In this document: piece by piece, positions 25,241 through 46,102 of the stretch
Numbering within the stretch: position 1 is the stretch's first letter
Layout: every line of letters begins with the position of its first letter
Assembly: GCA_038496445.1 (NCBI GenBank)
Contig: JALMLS010000478.1
Location: 1 to 64,000, forward strand
Length of the DNA stretch: 64,000 nucleotides
Direction of reading: 5' to 3'
Source: Trichosphaerium sp. ATCC 40318
Taxonomy: Eukaryota; Protista; Tubulinea
Program-made: the position numbers and the translations under genes
Notes under the pieces: model-generated
Database searches by the model: none
The model's input: the letters and a program-made list of their open reading frames with translations, nothing else
Told to the model about the DNA's origin: nothing

Positions 25241-25812
25241 ACACGTATGGCCGCTTCGCCAGGTTGTGAATAACTGCGATAAGCCTGCACATAAATAAGT
25301 TACGTATTTTTGTTGTGAATCAATGTCTGCAACCCTTTTGTAACCGCACGCCACTGTATCAAGTTGGTTGAGGTCACGTGATAAACGTTTAAATGGCACG
25401 TGACGCTATAACTTTTTTTACCTTTTTTACACGCCAGTATCTGAATATACGACTGTCGCTTGGATTGGTACATCAATAGCGACTACCATTCCATGCCAAC
25501 TGATAGTCACCTTTTAAAGGTTTATGTGACAGACAGCCACTTCTGCAGTACTACAAATTATCTTCAACGACATTTGGAATAGTCGCCAATACAGGCAATA
25601 TTCAGTGTTTCGGCGCATGCTCGCAAATGTAAACGCTTGTGGAGCTTATTTAGACGTCTTCTGATAGTGTCGTCACAGTCTCTGTGGTATAGCACGCTGG
25701 TTACCGTTTTCGCGAACTACAGTATTAGTTTGGTGCAGTGAAGCGCTGTAATTTTGTGTAGCACAAACTATTTTATTATTTTCTCCATTTCTCATCAAGC
25801 ACAACACCTATA

Positions 25813-26098
25813 ATGAAACTATTTGCTGTTTTCGCTCTATTGATTGTCGTTGTATGCTGTAAGGAACTTTTGTGCCCTGTAAACACTTGCCCACCTCAAG
25901 ATACATGCTGCCCACTCCCACAAGGTACAATACAACCTAACAGCGTTTGTTGATTATAATGTAGGCGGTTACGGCTGTTGTGGCAGGTCACATGGTGTCT
26001 GCTGCGCTGACGGTGTAAACTGTTGCCCTGCAGGCTTCCGATGCGATCACAATAGTTGTGTAGCTCTTAAACCAGCCTTGTTACCTCAGCATTATTAA
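25813..26098 (+). CDS. grn: Secreted single-module granulin
   Basis: Absent from the ORF track. Two exons encode MKLFAVFALLIVVVCC-KELLCPVNTCPPQDTCCPLPQGGYGCCGRSHGVCCADGVNCCPAGFRCDHNSCVALKPALLPQHY*: signal peptide plus the canonical C-C-CC-CC-CC-CC-C-C granulin spacing. Confidence 0.9.
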
Positions 26099-26315
26099 AA
26101 TAAACTGTATCTATCACCAAATCGTTCACTTCCACCTTTGTAGTCATACCTCTGCACAGTAGCGAATGTTCAACAGCTACGAAAATTCTACAAAATTACC
26201 AATTTGGCTTGTCTTGAAAAAACGAGCAACGCATGCGATGTGCAGTTTGGGTTAATTACAAGCAGTACAAATTTTACTGTTTTATGGGTTTTTTTTTCTT
26301 TTTTTTACCCGCTAT

Positions 26316-31101
<4,786 letters not shown>

Positions 31102-31658
31102 TGTAGGCCTATAAAACCAAAATAAGGTGTTACCGCGCTACCACAGAGTACTAACCTGAATTAGGTCACGCAATCATTCTTCAGCGCGCCAGGCACAACA
31201 ATACGATTATCCGTTGTGGTTAACCATTCGACACATCGCTAACTACGCTAAAATAAGTGTTGATGCCGTAAAATACGCTGTTTGTGTTATGACTTGTTTT
31301 TCAAAGCGTTTGGTAGGTATGTTGAGTTCGCCCAATAATTTCCAATTTTACATCGACACAAAAACAGATCGTGTATGTAATACAAACCGCGCCTCAAATA
31401 GTAGGCAGCACAGCCACCAAAAACAAAAAAAAACAAAAAAGACCTGTTAACAGGTTCATGAAGGAGCATACCACAAGCTCACAGGATTTAACGTGCGTAG
31501 TGACATCATTTGACAGTTTGCAACAATGTCATTTATTCGTACAAGGTCAATTTAACTAAAAGGCGTTTTTACCCTATAATACTTCGCAGACGACTTATTG
31601 ATCGTGGAACTTTAGACACAAGTTAACGAATGTGCCATTCGAAATAATGCATAAGTAA

Positions 31659-34600
31659 ATGGCATTGGATTCAACCGTACAGGTTGCAGATATATACGAC
31701 TGTCCCATAGAATTCAGCCTCACAATTTTTGACAATGATGAGGGCGTTTGCGCGCTCTACCACAAATTCTTTAGTCGCGATCGCTTGGTGCAGATAAAAA
31801 AAGCCAACATTAGGGCTGAGAAATCTATGGATTGCCTCGTAATTCCTTGCCCTACTAGCTATGGAATAGCAGCCCCTGGAACTCCAACTCACCGACTACT
31901 AAAGTATGTACTTCCACAACACCTACGTTTAGGCCTGTCGCGCAGCATCACGCTATTATTCGAAAATACTGCACCCAACTTCTAAAATAGTAGGGAAAAC
32001 CAAACTAACGCCAGCAAATGCAACAATTAGTACCAGTAACTAACGTGACGCTAGGTACATGGGTAACGAATTCCACGATAGAGTACAAAGGGTTATATTG
32101 CGTAAATATTACGGAGAACAACAACCTGGGACGTCTTTCGTAGTTAAAACTAAAGGCGTGGTGCCTTATAAATATGTTGCTTTCACGTCCGTTTTTCGTG
32201 CAGTGACATCTAAAGGTACGCTTGAATCTAACGTCAAGATAGTTTAAACAGCATTTGGCTACTCCACACGCAGTAATATTCTTTTTTGAAACTAATCAAA
32301 ATATTAATCACAAAAATCACAGATTACGATATGGCATGGCTAGATCCTGTGTATGCACCAGATGACGCTATATACGCTGCGTTCAGGTACGGTTATTTGT
32401 CGGTTGTGATTAAAATGATCGCACCTGACAATTTTTTTTGTCCGTTTTGTCACTCCTCGTTCTTTCTACTCCCTGTCTTTTTTATGTTAACGCGTAATAT
32501 AACAGGGCTACACTTTTGGCTATTGTAAATCATAACAAGAGTTCTAAAAAGCATAAGATAAAGTCTGTGGCGTGCCCTAATTTCTTCACGGTATGATTGG
32601 CCGACGCGTGCACTTGCATTCAAAAAACCTCTATGCTATTTATTTGCTTACCTAGTTCTTGTAGTTACGTTCTTGTGCCCCTGGTGGCGACAAGCTCCCA
32701 ATCTCTAATTTTCATGAATGCGTTCGGCAAATGTACTTGGCTTACAAGTCAGTGTTGAACCCTCCTTCAAGGTAATATTAGCAATATAAACCTAGCCAAT
32801 CCATTCTCGAATTAAAATCAACCAAAGGCCATACGACCTGACAGAGGGTGTCAAAGCATTGCGAGAGATATTGCATTTGGATAGCTCCAAAGATGTTGAC
32901 GCCAATGTGAATATGAAGGAGCAGTTGATGAATGACACCTTTAGTGGCATATACTCCCAAGGAGATTTGAGATTGTTGATCAAGTGGGCCAGGGATGACA
33001 GCAAACCAGAATTGCGTTTTGCAGCAGCACGTGCAATTGCTTCTGCTCTAAACAGACCAGAGTAAGTCATGACATACAAAATTTTTTTGTTAACACTGGT
33101 TTGTTTCAGTCCTTCACAATTTGAATTGCCCAAGAGAGATATATGCGTTGAAGTTACCAACAAGGATACGGGTTGTATAGCCTATCTGCTCGAACTGATC
33201 CAGCAGAACAAGCTTACTGTTCATACTGAAATTCCGTACGTGACATTTGTAACGCCTTTATCTCATCTTGACACTTTTTATTTATTCTTGTAACTAGTTA
33301 CGATGACATTGTTTGGTTTGAAGAAATAGGTTCTGGTACAGCTGGTAGCGTACATCGCTGTTCGTGGAGAGTAAGTAGCTTTTGGTAGTAGTTAATGATA
33401 CTGATACATTGTGGTAGGGCTTTCCAGTGGCTGTTAAGAAGTTTAGAGATCGTGATCGTAACCGCGAAGATTTTTTGAAGGAACTATCCATCATGAGGTA
33501 CACTCTTTACTGTTTTTATTGTGTCGTGCTTGTCGTGCTTGTCATACTCACATTACAACTTAAGTGTTGTACAACACAAGAATTTGGTACAGTGTTATGG
33601 TGGCACAACAAGAGACGGACACATGCTGATTGTGCAAGAACTGATGCAAACCAACCTGTCTGATGTACTACACGAAAAGATGGTATCAACACCTTTGACT
33701 ATAAAGTTGCAAATAGCTTTGGGTGTTGCACATGGCATGATGTTTCTGCACTCCCACTGCAACCTCATCCATCGCGATTTAAAATCTCTCAATTTACTAT
33801 TGAGCGTTAGTGAAAGGGGTGATTTGACAGTACGTGACAGAACGCTCTAAATCCAAAAGTAGTCAACGCCACATTTAGGTCAAGATTTGCGATTTTGGCG
33901 TGTCCAGGATGATAGAGAGGCGCAAAGCAATGACTGGTAATGTCGGGTACGTGAATACTTGCTAATGCATTCTCGTTGTGTCTAATACTGTTTACATAGG
34001 ACTGTATCGTGGATAGCACCAGAAATATTCGAGCAACGCAAATATACTGAGAAGGCAGATATCTACAGGTATTTTAGGCTCATTATTTAAAATGAACGTT
34101 GCTTATATGTGATATAGTTTTGGTATTGTGCTTTGGGAACTTGTAACGCGAAAGATTCCTTTCGCAGACATTAACTCGTTCTCCATTCCTGTTGCTGTGA
34201 TCAAGGGTGAAAGGTATACCTAAATTTTGTTTGTTATTGTAAGGCTCATCCTTTTTCTTTACTTAGACCAGCCATCCCAAAAGATTGTCCTAGCACCTTA
34301 AAGAAGCTTATTCGAGTATGCTGGCACGGTAAACAGGCCAAGAGGCCGACTTTCCAAAAAGTGATTGAGACACTATCCGCCCTCTTGCATAACATTAGCC
34401 CATCCAAACATCAATTCAATATTGACTTTGTACTGAACAAGCACGCCAAAAGGAAAAAGCGGTTTATGCGATCATACGAAAATCAACGTTTACGAGAGGT
34501 CAAGGTACGCCAACGATTCTCGGTTTTCCCCCATGCTTTCAAGACGCACCTTTTGCATGGCACTCATCTCACATACTTCAGGGTGATTCCGACAACACAC

Positions 34601-36907
34601 AAGGAAGCTCTTCTGGCACTGATGTCATCACATCACAGTCTAGTAAGGAGAACTTGACATCGCCTGGCACCACAACTGTGGATACAGCATCCGATGTTGG
34701 CGATGGCTTCGTTTCAGAAACTTCAGAATGTGCGTTCATTCGCGATCCTTATCGTGCTTACTTGCGCTAGCGGATGTTATAAAGCATACAAGAACTGTTA
34801 CGTGTAAAATTCCGGACAAGTGGGCACCGCCTATTGCAAAGCTTGAGGTTCAAGTTAACAAGTACTTTTCGCGGTTAAAGCAAGATCTCGAACTGGGCAC
34901 TATTACAGTTGGCAGTGAGCGTTACTTATTGTTCAGGTACTGCAACACTCGAACGTTGTTTGTTAAATGATCTCCTCGCCTAACTGTCACGTAGAGGGAA
35001 TAGCCTTGCTGTTGATTTCTTTGGCATGGTAGAACATGTATTTGACTTTGACGACACTGTCGAAGCCAGGGAATTTGCTTCTAATTTCTTATACGATCTC
35101 GGCTACGCTCTTGGTAAATCTGATGCTTTGAATTTTTTCAAAAAGGTACCGCTGCAATCTCTCAGGTAGTTATTCTAACACTACGATATTTAGCACAAAA
35201 TTGACGATGTGGTTCACCGTAATAACGCAGGGCTTGTTCATATAGCCTACACAGGCATGGCATACGTCAAATTGTTGCCAGAAACGGTTTACGCTTCTGA
35301 TGAAGAAGATGAGATTATGATTTATGAACACGTTCAGAGTTTTGGTACCTAGATAGACCATTATTTCTTTTTCTTCTGCTTTACGCTATTGAATGACTAA
35401 CTCGGTGCGTATCAGAAAGTGACTCGTGGATGAAAGAAAACAAAGAGACAAACGAGTGCGTTGATGTGATGAGCGCCGCATACTTGTCAGGATGGGGTGA
35501 GGGCGCAACAGGCTCTGCACGTGTATCTGCAGAGGTACAGTGTAGGGCGCGTGGTGATTCTGTTGATAGATTCATACGTACAGTGCCTGTTAGTATCGAC
35601 AAAGAGGTAATCCCCATCTTCTATGCGTTGAACAAAACCCTTAATTTGCTGTTATTTAGTTCCGTACCTATTGCGAGCGACACAACATTGAAGCGCAGTT
35701 GCCTCGATTCTTGCGAAACAGAAATGATACAAATCCTTCCTTCAAGCCGAACGTCTCAATTGACCCTGGTATGCAAATGCCTGCTTTGTTAAAATACGTT
35801 GTTCTTCAATCTTATATTGTGGTTATTAGATGAGGAGTTGGGATGGTTTCAGAGAACATTTAAAAAGCTAGTAAAACGATCCAAGTCAAATCGTGACGGT
35901 TTCGCTAACAATCGCTCTTTCTCGCCTGGGAAGTTCTCAGCCAAACGATTTGGTCAGCCTACACTTACAGAAGATGGCATCGACAAGCGCGCAGCCAACA
36001 AGTTCCAGAATTTTGTAATCGATCCGACTGAGGTGCGCACGCAAATTTGAAAATAAATAGTAACTAAACATCCTCAACAGGGCACCGTAGAGATGGCTGA
36101 TGCACGTTGTATCTTGATGCGCGGTGACGCCGTATCATATGGATTTTACAGCTTGGTGAAGGACCTATTCGGCCCTGCTCAAGAGGTACTACCTACTCCA
36201 ATAATTCCAAAAGGCTTTGAACACTTTGCTAATTGTTTGTTAGCATTTGAGCTTCAAGTTTGCCTCAAAGTTCTTGTACGAACTGGGTAGAACGATAGGA
36301 TTGTCCAATCAACGCTGGTTTGTAGAGAAAATCAGACTAGGCACAAACGCTATTGAATGCGCCTTGTCCTTGAGTGTAAATATGGCCTACTTTGGATGGA
36401 CTGATTTAATCTTTCGCGACGGTCTCAGCTACAAGGAGATATTGGTACGACAACGCCTTTTGTTCGCCTCAAATTATTACAATAAACTTTACAACAGTAC
36501 TCATAACTTACACCATCGTTTAGAAGCAACGGGAGAATTTCAGAGTGTTGTGCGAGGCACGCAACTCTTTTGAATGCGACTCTTGGACCAAACGAGCAAA
36601 AAAGAACAAGCCAGGACACATGCAAGGTCAATGCGTGTGCTACATGCATGCTGGGTACATTGCCGGTTGGTTTGAAGCCAGTTTCGGTATGCCTATCATT
36701 GCTGTGGAGACGTCTTGCAGGGCAGGCGGTAGGAGAAATTGTCAATTTTTAGTGTGCCACAGGGATAAATTAAAGAACCACCTCCCTATTCGTGCCACCT
36801 CTTCAGTTCAAAACGAAGATATCATGTCCTTGTTGGCCAAGTTCAAGAAACACAGAAAAGAAAACTCCCCACACCGAAGGCAATCCATGTCTAGGAACGT
36901 AATGTAA
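31659..36907 (+). CDS. Macro-like domain + helical segment + TKL Ser/Thr kinase + two XylR_N/V4R sensor domains
   Basis: Macro-like RVQRVILRKYYGEQQPGTSFVV...IYAAFRATLLAIVNHN...IKSVACP; kinase IGSGTAG, VAVKKF, HRDLKSLN, KICDFG, GTVSWIAPE, DIYSFGIVLWEL; V4R repeats ending AAYLSGWGEGATG...EVQCRARG and AGYIAGWFEASFGMPIIAVETSCRAGGRRNCQF. Start codon uncertain. Confidence 0.85.
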
Positions 36908-37032
36908 CACTAACTGTACAAAATAATATAAACTCTCAGGAGTAAAATACCAATAACCTAAAAATGCCGGTTGCAATTGTTTTTATCAATTCTAGAGAAT
37001 TCAAATAATGCGCCCATGGGCAGGTTGAAACT

Positions 37033-38576
37033 TTACACAACTTGTAAAGGGTCTCTATCAGTTTCTGCAATCGTTATTTTGGCGTTTGGGAGGCTTTAGA
37101 AAGAGATTAATAACAAACAAAAATATCAAGTTGAGAATACGGACCTATCAGATAATCTTGATTTGAGTACTTTCAAGAACCCTCTCTCAGTGTTGGAGTG
37201 CTCACATAGAACAACGTGACTGCCTTTTTTCAAAGCAGCTAATGGACCAACACAGTTAGCACTTAAGCCGCCAAATACCAGACAATCAACGCGTACCTAA
37301 TACATCGTGGTGTCTAGCTTCTCCAGTCCAGTAAAGATCTGCTTTTGTCTTGCCAATTACTGACCAACCAGCACCAGGACAAGTAGCAACACTCTTTACC
37401 ATAGCATCAGGCTCATTTGTTGCAAGGCGTACATGTTCAAGACCCAAATGCGCCTTGATACAGTCAACAGCTTTTGACAATGGCATTGGCTCATCCAGGG
37501 TAATAACGCGTCCTGCTCCTTCTCCTTTGATAGGTGCATCCTCTGACTTTACAATATCCCATGCAGGCTCCTAATAATCCCACGACACCCATTAGCAAAC
37601 TAGTAAAAAAACCGTAATATGGAGAAAGTACCTCATAAGGATGTGCGCTATACATTGCCTCCAAGATGGCTGGTGTACCTCTCTTGGAGCAAACCATTCT
37701 CAAAAGTTGTTCGTCGACGCGTTCTAGTTTTCCCTTCTCGCCAACAACTAAAACGCAGCGTCAGTATTTTATAAAGCAAATATCTCGTCGTGCACATACC
37801 AGGGTTAGAACCCTTCAAACCAACAAAAGTGCCTTGCCCATCAATGGCAAAGGAGCAATCCGAGTAGTTGCCGATGATGCCTGCGCCAGCACGTGCCATG
37901 CTATTGCGCACTTTTTCAGTGTGCTCCTTGGGTACGTGCACGCTGATAGTGTACTGGCGCTCTGGTTTCGACTCGTAGTGTGGTGAAATGATGCTGGATT
38001 TACCCTTGAATGCCGAGATTAGCCAGTCCGTCATGCCATCTGCAAGCCCCCATAAGCGATGCAGTTAAGTTTAATGCGTTGGCGTACTGTTGGCCTTATC
38101 GAGGCACGTATGTGGACAGTATATTGGGATTCCGTCGCTTATTGCTTCTACCAAAAGAGCTGTTGAGGATCTTCCTCCTCCCCAGGTAAGCTTCTTTAAA
38201 CCAGAGAATATGACAGGGTGATAGCAGATAACCATTGTTCGCCCCGTTTTTGACAGGTCTTTGGCTTCATCATAAATAGATCTGTAGAACTCTATGTACA
38301 GTAAAAACGGAGCGTTTGTAAGTTTTTGTACCGTTTGTCAATAGAATATTGTCAATATCGGCTACATTTGGTGGCTCTGCGTAGTATAGGTTAGTGAGAG
38401 AAGAATGCGACTATTTTACGAACCAACAAGCAAGCCAGTATTGTCCCAGCTTTCAGTTAAGCGTAAAGGCGCAATAGTCTAACGTATTACATTATTACTC
38501 GCAAAAAACTGTGCTGTACGTTTAATGTTTTTAATATTTGCTTTATTGGCGTGGATGATGTTTCTTTAGTGCTCAT
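37033..38576 (-). CDS. NIF3: NIF3/YbgI family protein with a YqfO-type PII-like insertion
   Basis: APLRLTESWDNTGLLV, CYHPVIFSGLKKL, YCPHT, VATCPGAG, YWTGEARHHDVL, CEHSNTERGFL, ETDRDPL; insert GAGIIGNYSDCSF...AHPYEEPAWD. Confidence 0.9.
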
Positions 38577-38865
38577 TCTACGTAAGGGCTTGATATATGA
38601 AGTTTTGGTGAGTCTGGTTTGCTTAAAGGCGCGCAATAACATACTAGCACTTCTTCATCCTTGACTCCCTCTGACTCGGCCATCTCACAGTCATTGTGCT
38701 TTAGCAAATCTATGTTTCGTAAGAAGTAGGTCTCGCCATTTTGATTGAAATGTCACCTTGATGTTGCCAGGTCTTCTCATTGTTCGGCCTAGCATTTGTC
38801 GCTGAGATTCTTGCTTGTGGTTGTGACAGGTAACTGCCATTCTTCCTGATGCTGGTTGTAGACTG

Positions 38866-41250
38866 CTAATGTGCAAGTGCCTGTGTGGCAACTAATCTCT
38901 TTGTACAGGTCTTTAACCACCTACACAACAGTCATTACGCTGCCATTGGTATGTGTTTACCTCTGTTGAGCATTTCGTCTGTACTGTAAAGGCGCAAACT
39001 GCTGCATGCTGTTTGGATACGCCATAGACAGGACGCTTGGCCAATATCTTTCTATGCCAGCACCTTGAAGCAATTAGAAGAGAAGAGGATGTGCAAAGTG
39101 TGCCATACCTCCCATTTTTCTGAGTTGTACAAAGGAGACTCGATGCCAATCTGCTTGGTTTACAATTTGTAGGGCAGATGCAACATTGTCCAAGAACGGT
39201 CTTACACTTTCCGGGGTCGTCCAAAATTTGTGATGTCTCCGATCTTACCCTCTTGTTAGCTTAATGTCTCAACAGTCTACCACTGTACCTTGTTTGTGTT
39301 TCAGACGGGTGCTGTCCCAGGTAGTATGAGGATATACTGCTTGTAATAAATTATATATAGACCCGAAATGCCTGATTGTATGTTAGCTGTTAAAACTCCT
39401 GATAAAAAGTTGCACAAAGATCGTACATGTACAAACCCTTCATGCCAGAATCATACAGTTGCTTAGTAGTTACATCATACCAAGAATCAAAATCTATAAT
39501 ATTGTGCATCCTCTCAAACTAGAAAGGAGGATATCAATACATATAAAAAAAAGATCAAGAGAAGATTGATCAATTTAACCTTGACAACACTATTCATTAT
39601 GTTGTCACCACCTTTCTTCCAAAAATATCTTGGTCGGCTCACAAATGAAGTAAGTTCAGTCTCAGCATGGTTGGGGAATAAGCAATGTAGCATGTCTTGT
39701 AATCCGCCTGGAAAAGCCCTGCAAAAGAAAGCATTAAAAAAAACCAGAAAAGTGACATCCGACATCACATACGCAATCAGCCCAGAGCCTCCAGCCCGTC
39801 TTATATTTACTGATGTAACTTTACGCCAATCATGTAATGTCTTTAAACCATGCTTAAAGGCAAACTAACGAACAAGTTATTGCAAAGTTTTGCATTTATT
39901 GCTTGACAAAAAAAACACGTGCCTCGTTTATAAATGTAAATTGATTCTGTTTACATTGCCAGTGTCGTGAAGGTACTTGTGCTGCACTACGATGAGGACC
40001 TATGAAAGAGCATGAAGCGTTGTACCTAATAGTCTGTATGCTGTTTTTCCGTTGGCACTTGGATAGTAATGATTTAGCATCCTTTGTTTGCTTGAAAACG
40101 CTCTATGGATACGTCAGCGCGCGTATGGGTACGTGATTAACCTTAATAGCCCTGTACCGCCATATTTGTGGATGGTTGTGACACTGACAGCGTACCAATC
40201 AGAAATACAGTCGATATTCAGCTTGCGCTCGAGCTACAGTCGAGTTGGTCGTATTTTACGATAGGAAACGTACATCTATAAACGTACTTAGCCGCTGTTC
40301 GCGTTTGATGGCTTTAGTTTGCTTGTAGCTCAGTTGGCGCGCAGCATTGGCTAGTTTTATCCTCATTTGCTACAAAATTACCGTACAGTGGTTTGGGTTG
40401 TGTAAAAGACGTGTGACGGCGCAATTGTCAACAATGTTCTCATTTGTTAACAGCTTTATTTCCATGATACCATTTGTGTTCCAAACTGTTCCAATTCTGT
40501 GCTTGGGCGCTGGAATGTAGGTTTTAGAACGTGTCAATGATTAATGCGTGTTAGATACGCTCATTTTGAACACCGCGGTCCTCTTTCATCAGTACATCGC
40601 GAACCAAACGAATTTGTTAATGTGCCACCTCAATTGATGAAACTACACGAGGATCCCACGTATTTCGACGTTTACTTCAAGCGTATACCTGTGTACGTAT
40701 CTAGAGAATTGTAAAAGCAAAGCCTCACCAAAAATAGTACAGTTAGTGGCAAAATATCAGCAAGGCAATGCACGTCTACAATTCAATAAAAGCGCACTAC
40801 TAACCCTTCACAGACGCGACACAGATGTCAGAGGCTATTCCAACAGTACCGTTTTTAGGATGGCAATTTCCAAATATATTTGTGAAGCAAGCACTTGCTG
40901 ACGGACTAGTGGATTCCCTTGACGTCACACCAAACGTTATAGTAGCTCACAGGCGCACACAAATACTTGACATGACGTACGGAAGCACGTGGTTCGTGTG
41001 TCAGCTAAACGGATGTAGGTTGTGGGTGGAACGAAGAAGGTATGGAAAAACTCATGCTATTCACTTGGGTACCGCCTATACAGTGCATTCGTGGCTAGGT
41101 CACGTTGCCCTGATGTGTGCATTTCCATTTCAAATCTTATTCTCCAAGTATGTCCTGTACAAAGCACTAAGCAATACATCAACAAAGGAAGAGTAAGCAA
41201 CATGCAACCAGCTCCGCTTTTTCCAGTTTTACCCACGTGCTACCATGATA
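38866..41250 (-). CDS. Helical repeat protein of the W..ENQ..F..DWY.V....GG type; 5' end uncertain
   Basis: Repeated spliced units such as HWQCKQNQFTFINEFAFKHGLKTLHDWRKVTSVNIRRAGGSGL, FDSWYDVTTKQLYDSG and FWTTPESVRPFLDNVASALQIVNQADWHRVSFVQLRKMGG. Confidence 0.55.
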
Positions 41251-41409
41251 AGTCGCAAGTAGTTACCTTTGCGTGTTGCTGAGTGAAAAGAACAACTCCA
41301 TCTGAGGTAGTGAGTCTAAATTGAAAAAAACTTAACCGAATTAAGTCCAAAGCGTTGCTACAGAATCGTTGAAGCTCGTTATTACCTTGTCAATACCATA
41401 TAGTTCACC

Positions 41410-44236
<2,827 letters not shown>

Positions 44237-44787
44237 TGAACAATTGGTAACTGGTAATTATGGCGCAAGTTGGATTTTTCTGTTGACATTTTCTCGCCTT
44301 GTTTTGGAATAAAAAACAGAGAAAAAAATAAAAACAGAAATTACAAAACTTATCAAATTGGTTTATTGTCCAACAAGAAGCACCTTGCACTGTGTATAGT
44401 TTTCCGGTGTAGTTGGCTTGAGTAGTATCCAAAAAAGGCGTTGGGAAATTTGATAAAATCAACTTGTCTGATTGCGTTTATTCTTAACCTTTAGATTTGC
44501 ATTGTTTCTACACGGAGGAATTTGGATAAAATCAAAATCGCCGACGTGGCTTTGCGATTTCGACAAACTTTTTTTTTAACTCCCAACCAGTACACTTTTT
44601 TTGCTAAATGACATATACACGGAGATAAAGTGATTCTTGAGAAATTTGGGAGTACGCTTGGGTCTTGGTAGTTCTTGTGAAATTTTCTTCAATCCAACTT
44701 AACAATTTCAACCAAATATCAATTACAACACCTCCCTGCTTTTTTTAAGCTTATTTAAATTATTATAACACAATAAAAACGCTGCAA

Positions 44788-45513
44788 ATGCACCGATACT
44801 ATAAAGGTAAAACATTTTTTTCCTTTAGTCGATTTCTATCCGAATAGCTCCCAAATTGCTTCAATCGAGTTTAAAAGCTATAAGACGTGTTGTTTGGTGA
44901 TCGATGTTTCCACCAATTCCTCACCCTATTCTTTTCGTTTGAATTCTCCGTTGCTCTGCAATGCACAGTGATACACCATATACTCATGTTTTGTATTAGA
45001 CGAAGCGAAAGAGCTCATAAAGAAACTAGAACGCACTTCTGCTGCAGCACAATACCCCCGACACCACAGGAAGCTTGCACAAAAGGCAATGAAATACTAT
45101 TATACTGGCAATGAACAAAAATTGGGGAAAATGTTTGCTTCTGAAAGCACAGAAAACGTACAAGCTGCAATGCAACTCGTTCGTGATGCAATGCAACAAA
45201 GAACAAGGTAATTAGTTGTTTATTATAACAGCTACAAAAAAGCCGCAAAATTGCGCGCACTTTGTAGTATTGCAAACAATAGCCATTCTTGCCAACCATT
45301 CAAATACTGATGTTCGCGTTTAGAGAAGAAAAAAAACAACTCATGAAATATAAACGAAGTTCGTCTAAGCTTGAGATAGGCACTTTAAATGAAGCCTTCG
45401 AAAAAGACGGTAGACGAACATCAACCTTTCACAGGCGAAAAACATTGTTGACACTACGCAAAGCAAAAAGTAGACCTCGTCTTTTGCTAAGACGACGAAC
45501 AATGAGCGTATGA
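44788..45513 (+). CDS. Hypothetical multi-exon protein
   Basis: ATG at about 44788 followed by a GT-AG intron and open exon-like segments, ending in the basic ORF ...RRRTMSV* at 45513. No motif recognised; internal junctions unresolved. Confidence 0.3.
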
Positions 45514-46102
45514 TAACGACGTGCAATTGTTTTTTTTTTTCCTCCCCATCTGTACAAAAAAACCCAACTTATTTATGCTGTCGCCTGATGGAAACTACGG
45601 CCACAGACAACCCCCCAATGTATTATTGTACAAACAACAAAATGAGTACTCCTACTATTAATATCGTAAATAATTATACCTATTAGCCTTCATTACACGT
45701 TGCCTACGTTTACTTCTCCGAGATAAAAGGCTCGTATGCTACATTTTGGCCGATATATTGCGCGACAGTTGCCTTTTTGGTAAGAGAAAGGTTAAAAGCC
45801 CGCAAGTGGTCGGGGCTACTTTTATACGCATTATGCCTCCCATCTTAGCGACAACTAGTGCAAATGTCGTCTGTGAACGATTTTTGAGAAGTGAGAATAA
45901 AAAAAAGCCACAAAACGATTCTCAGAGAACTATTCACCGTTTTAATTTCTCACTGTATTGCAACAATTTGACAGAAACAATCAAACAAGCTGATTTCCGC
46001 TTATTCTGTTTTTAAATATTTTCATCTCAACGTCGGTTTTTTATTACACAATGTACAGCAAGACGGGAAAAAAAAAAAAACTAGTGTGGCGGTAATCACC
46101 AC

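Noticed and set aside
25373-25404. Hairpin GTCACGTG...CACGTGAC upstream of the SH3 gene
   Set aside because: Explained by two copies of the self-complementary CACGTG motif that is common throughout the window.
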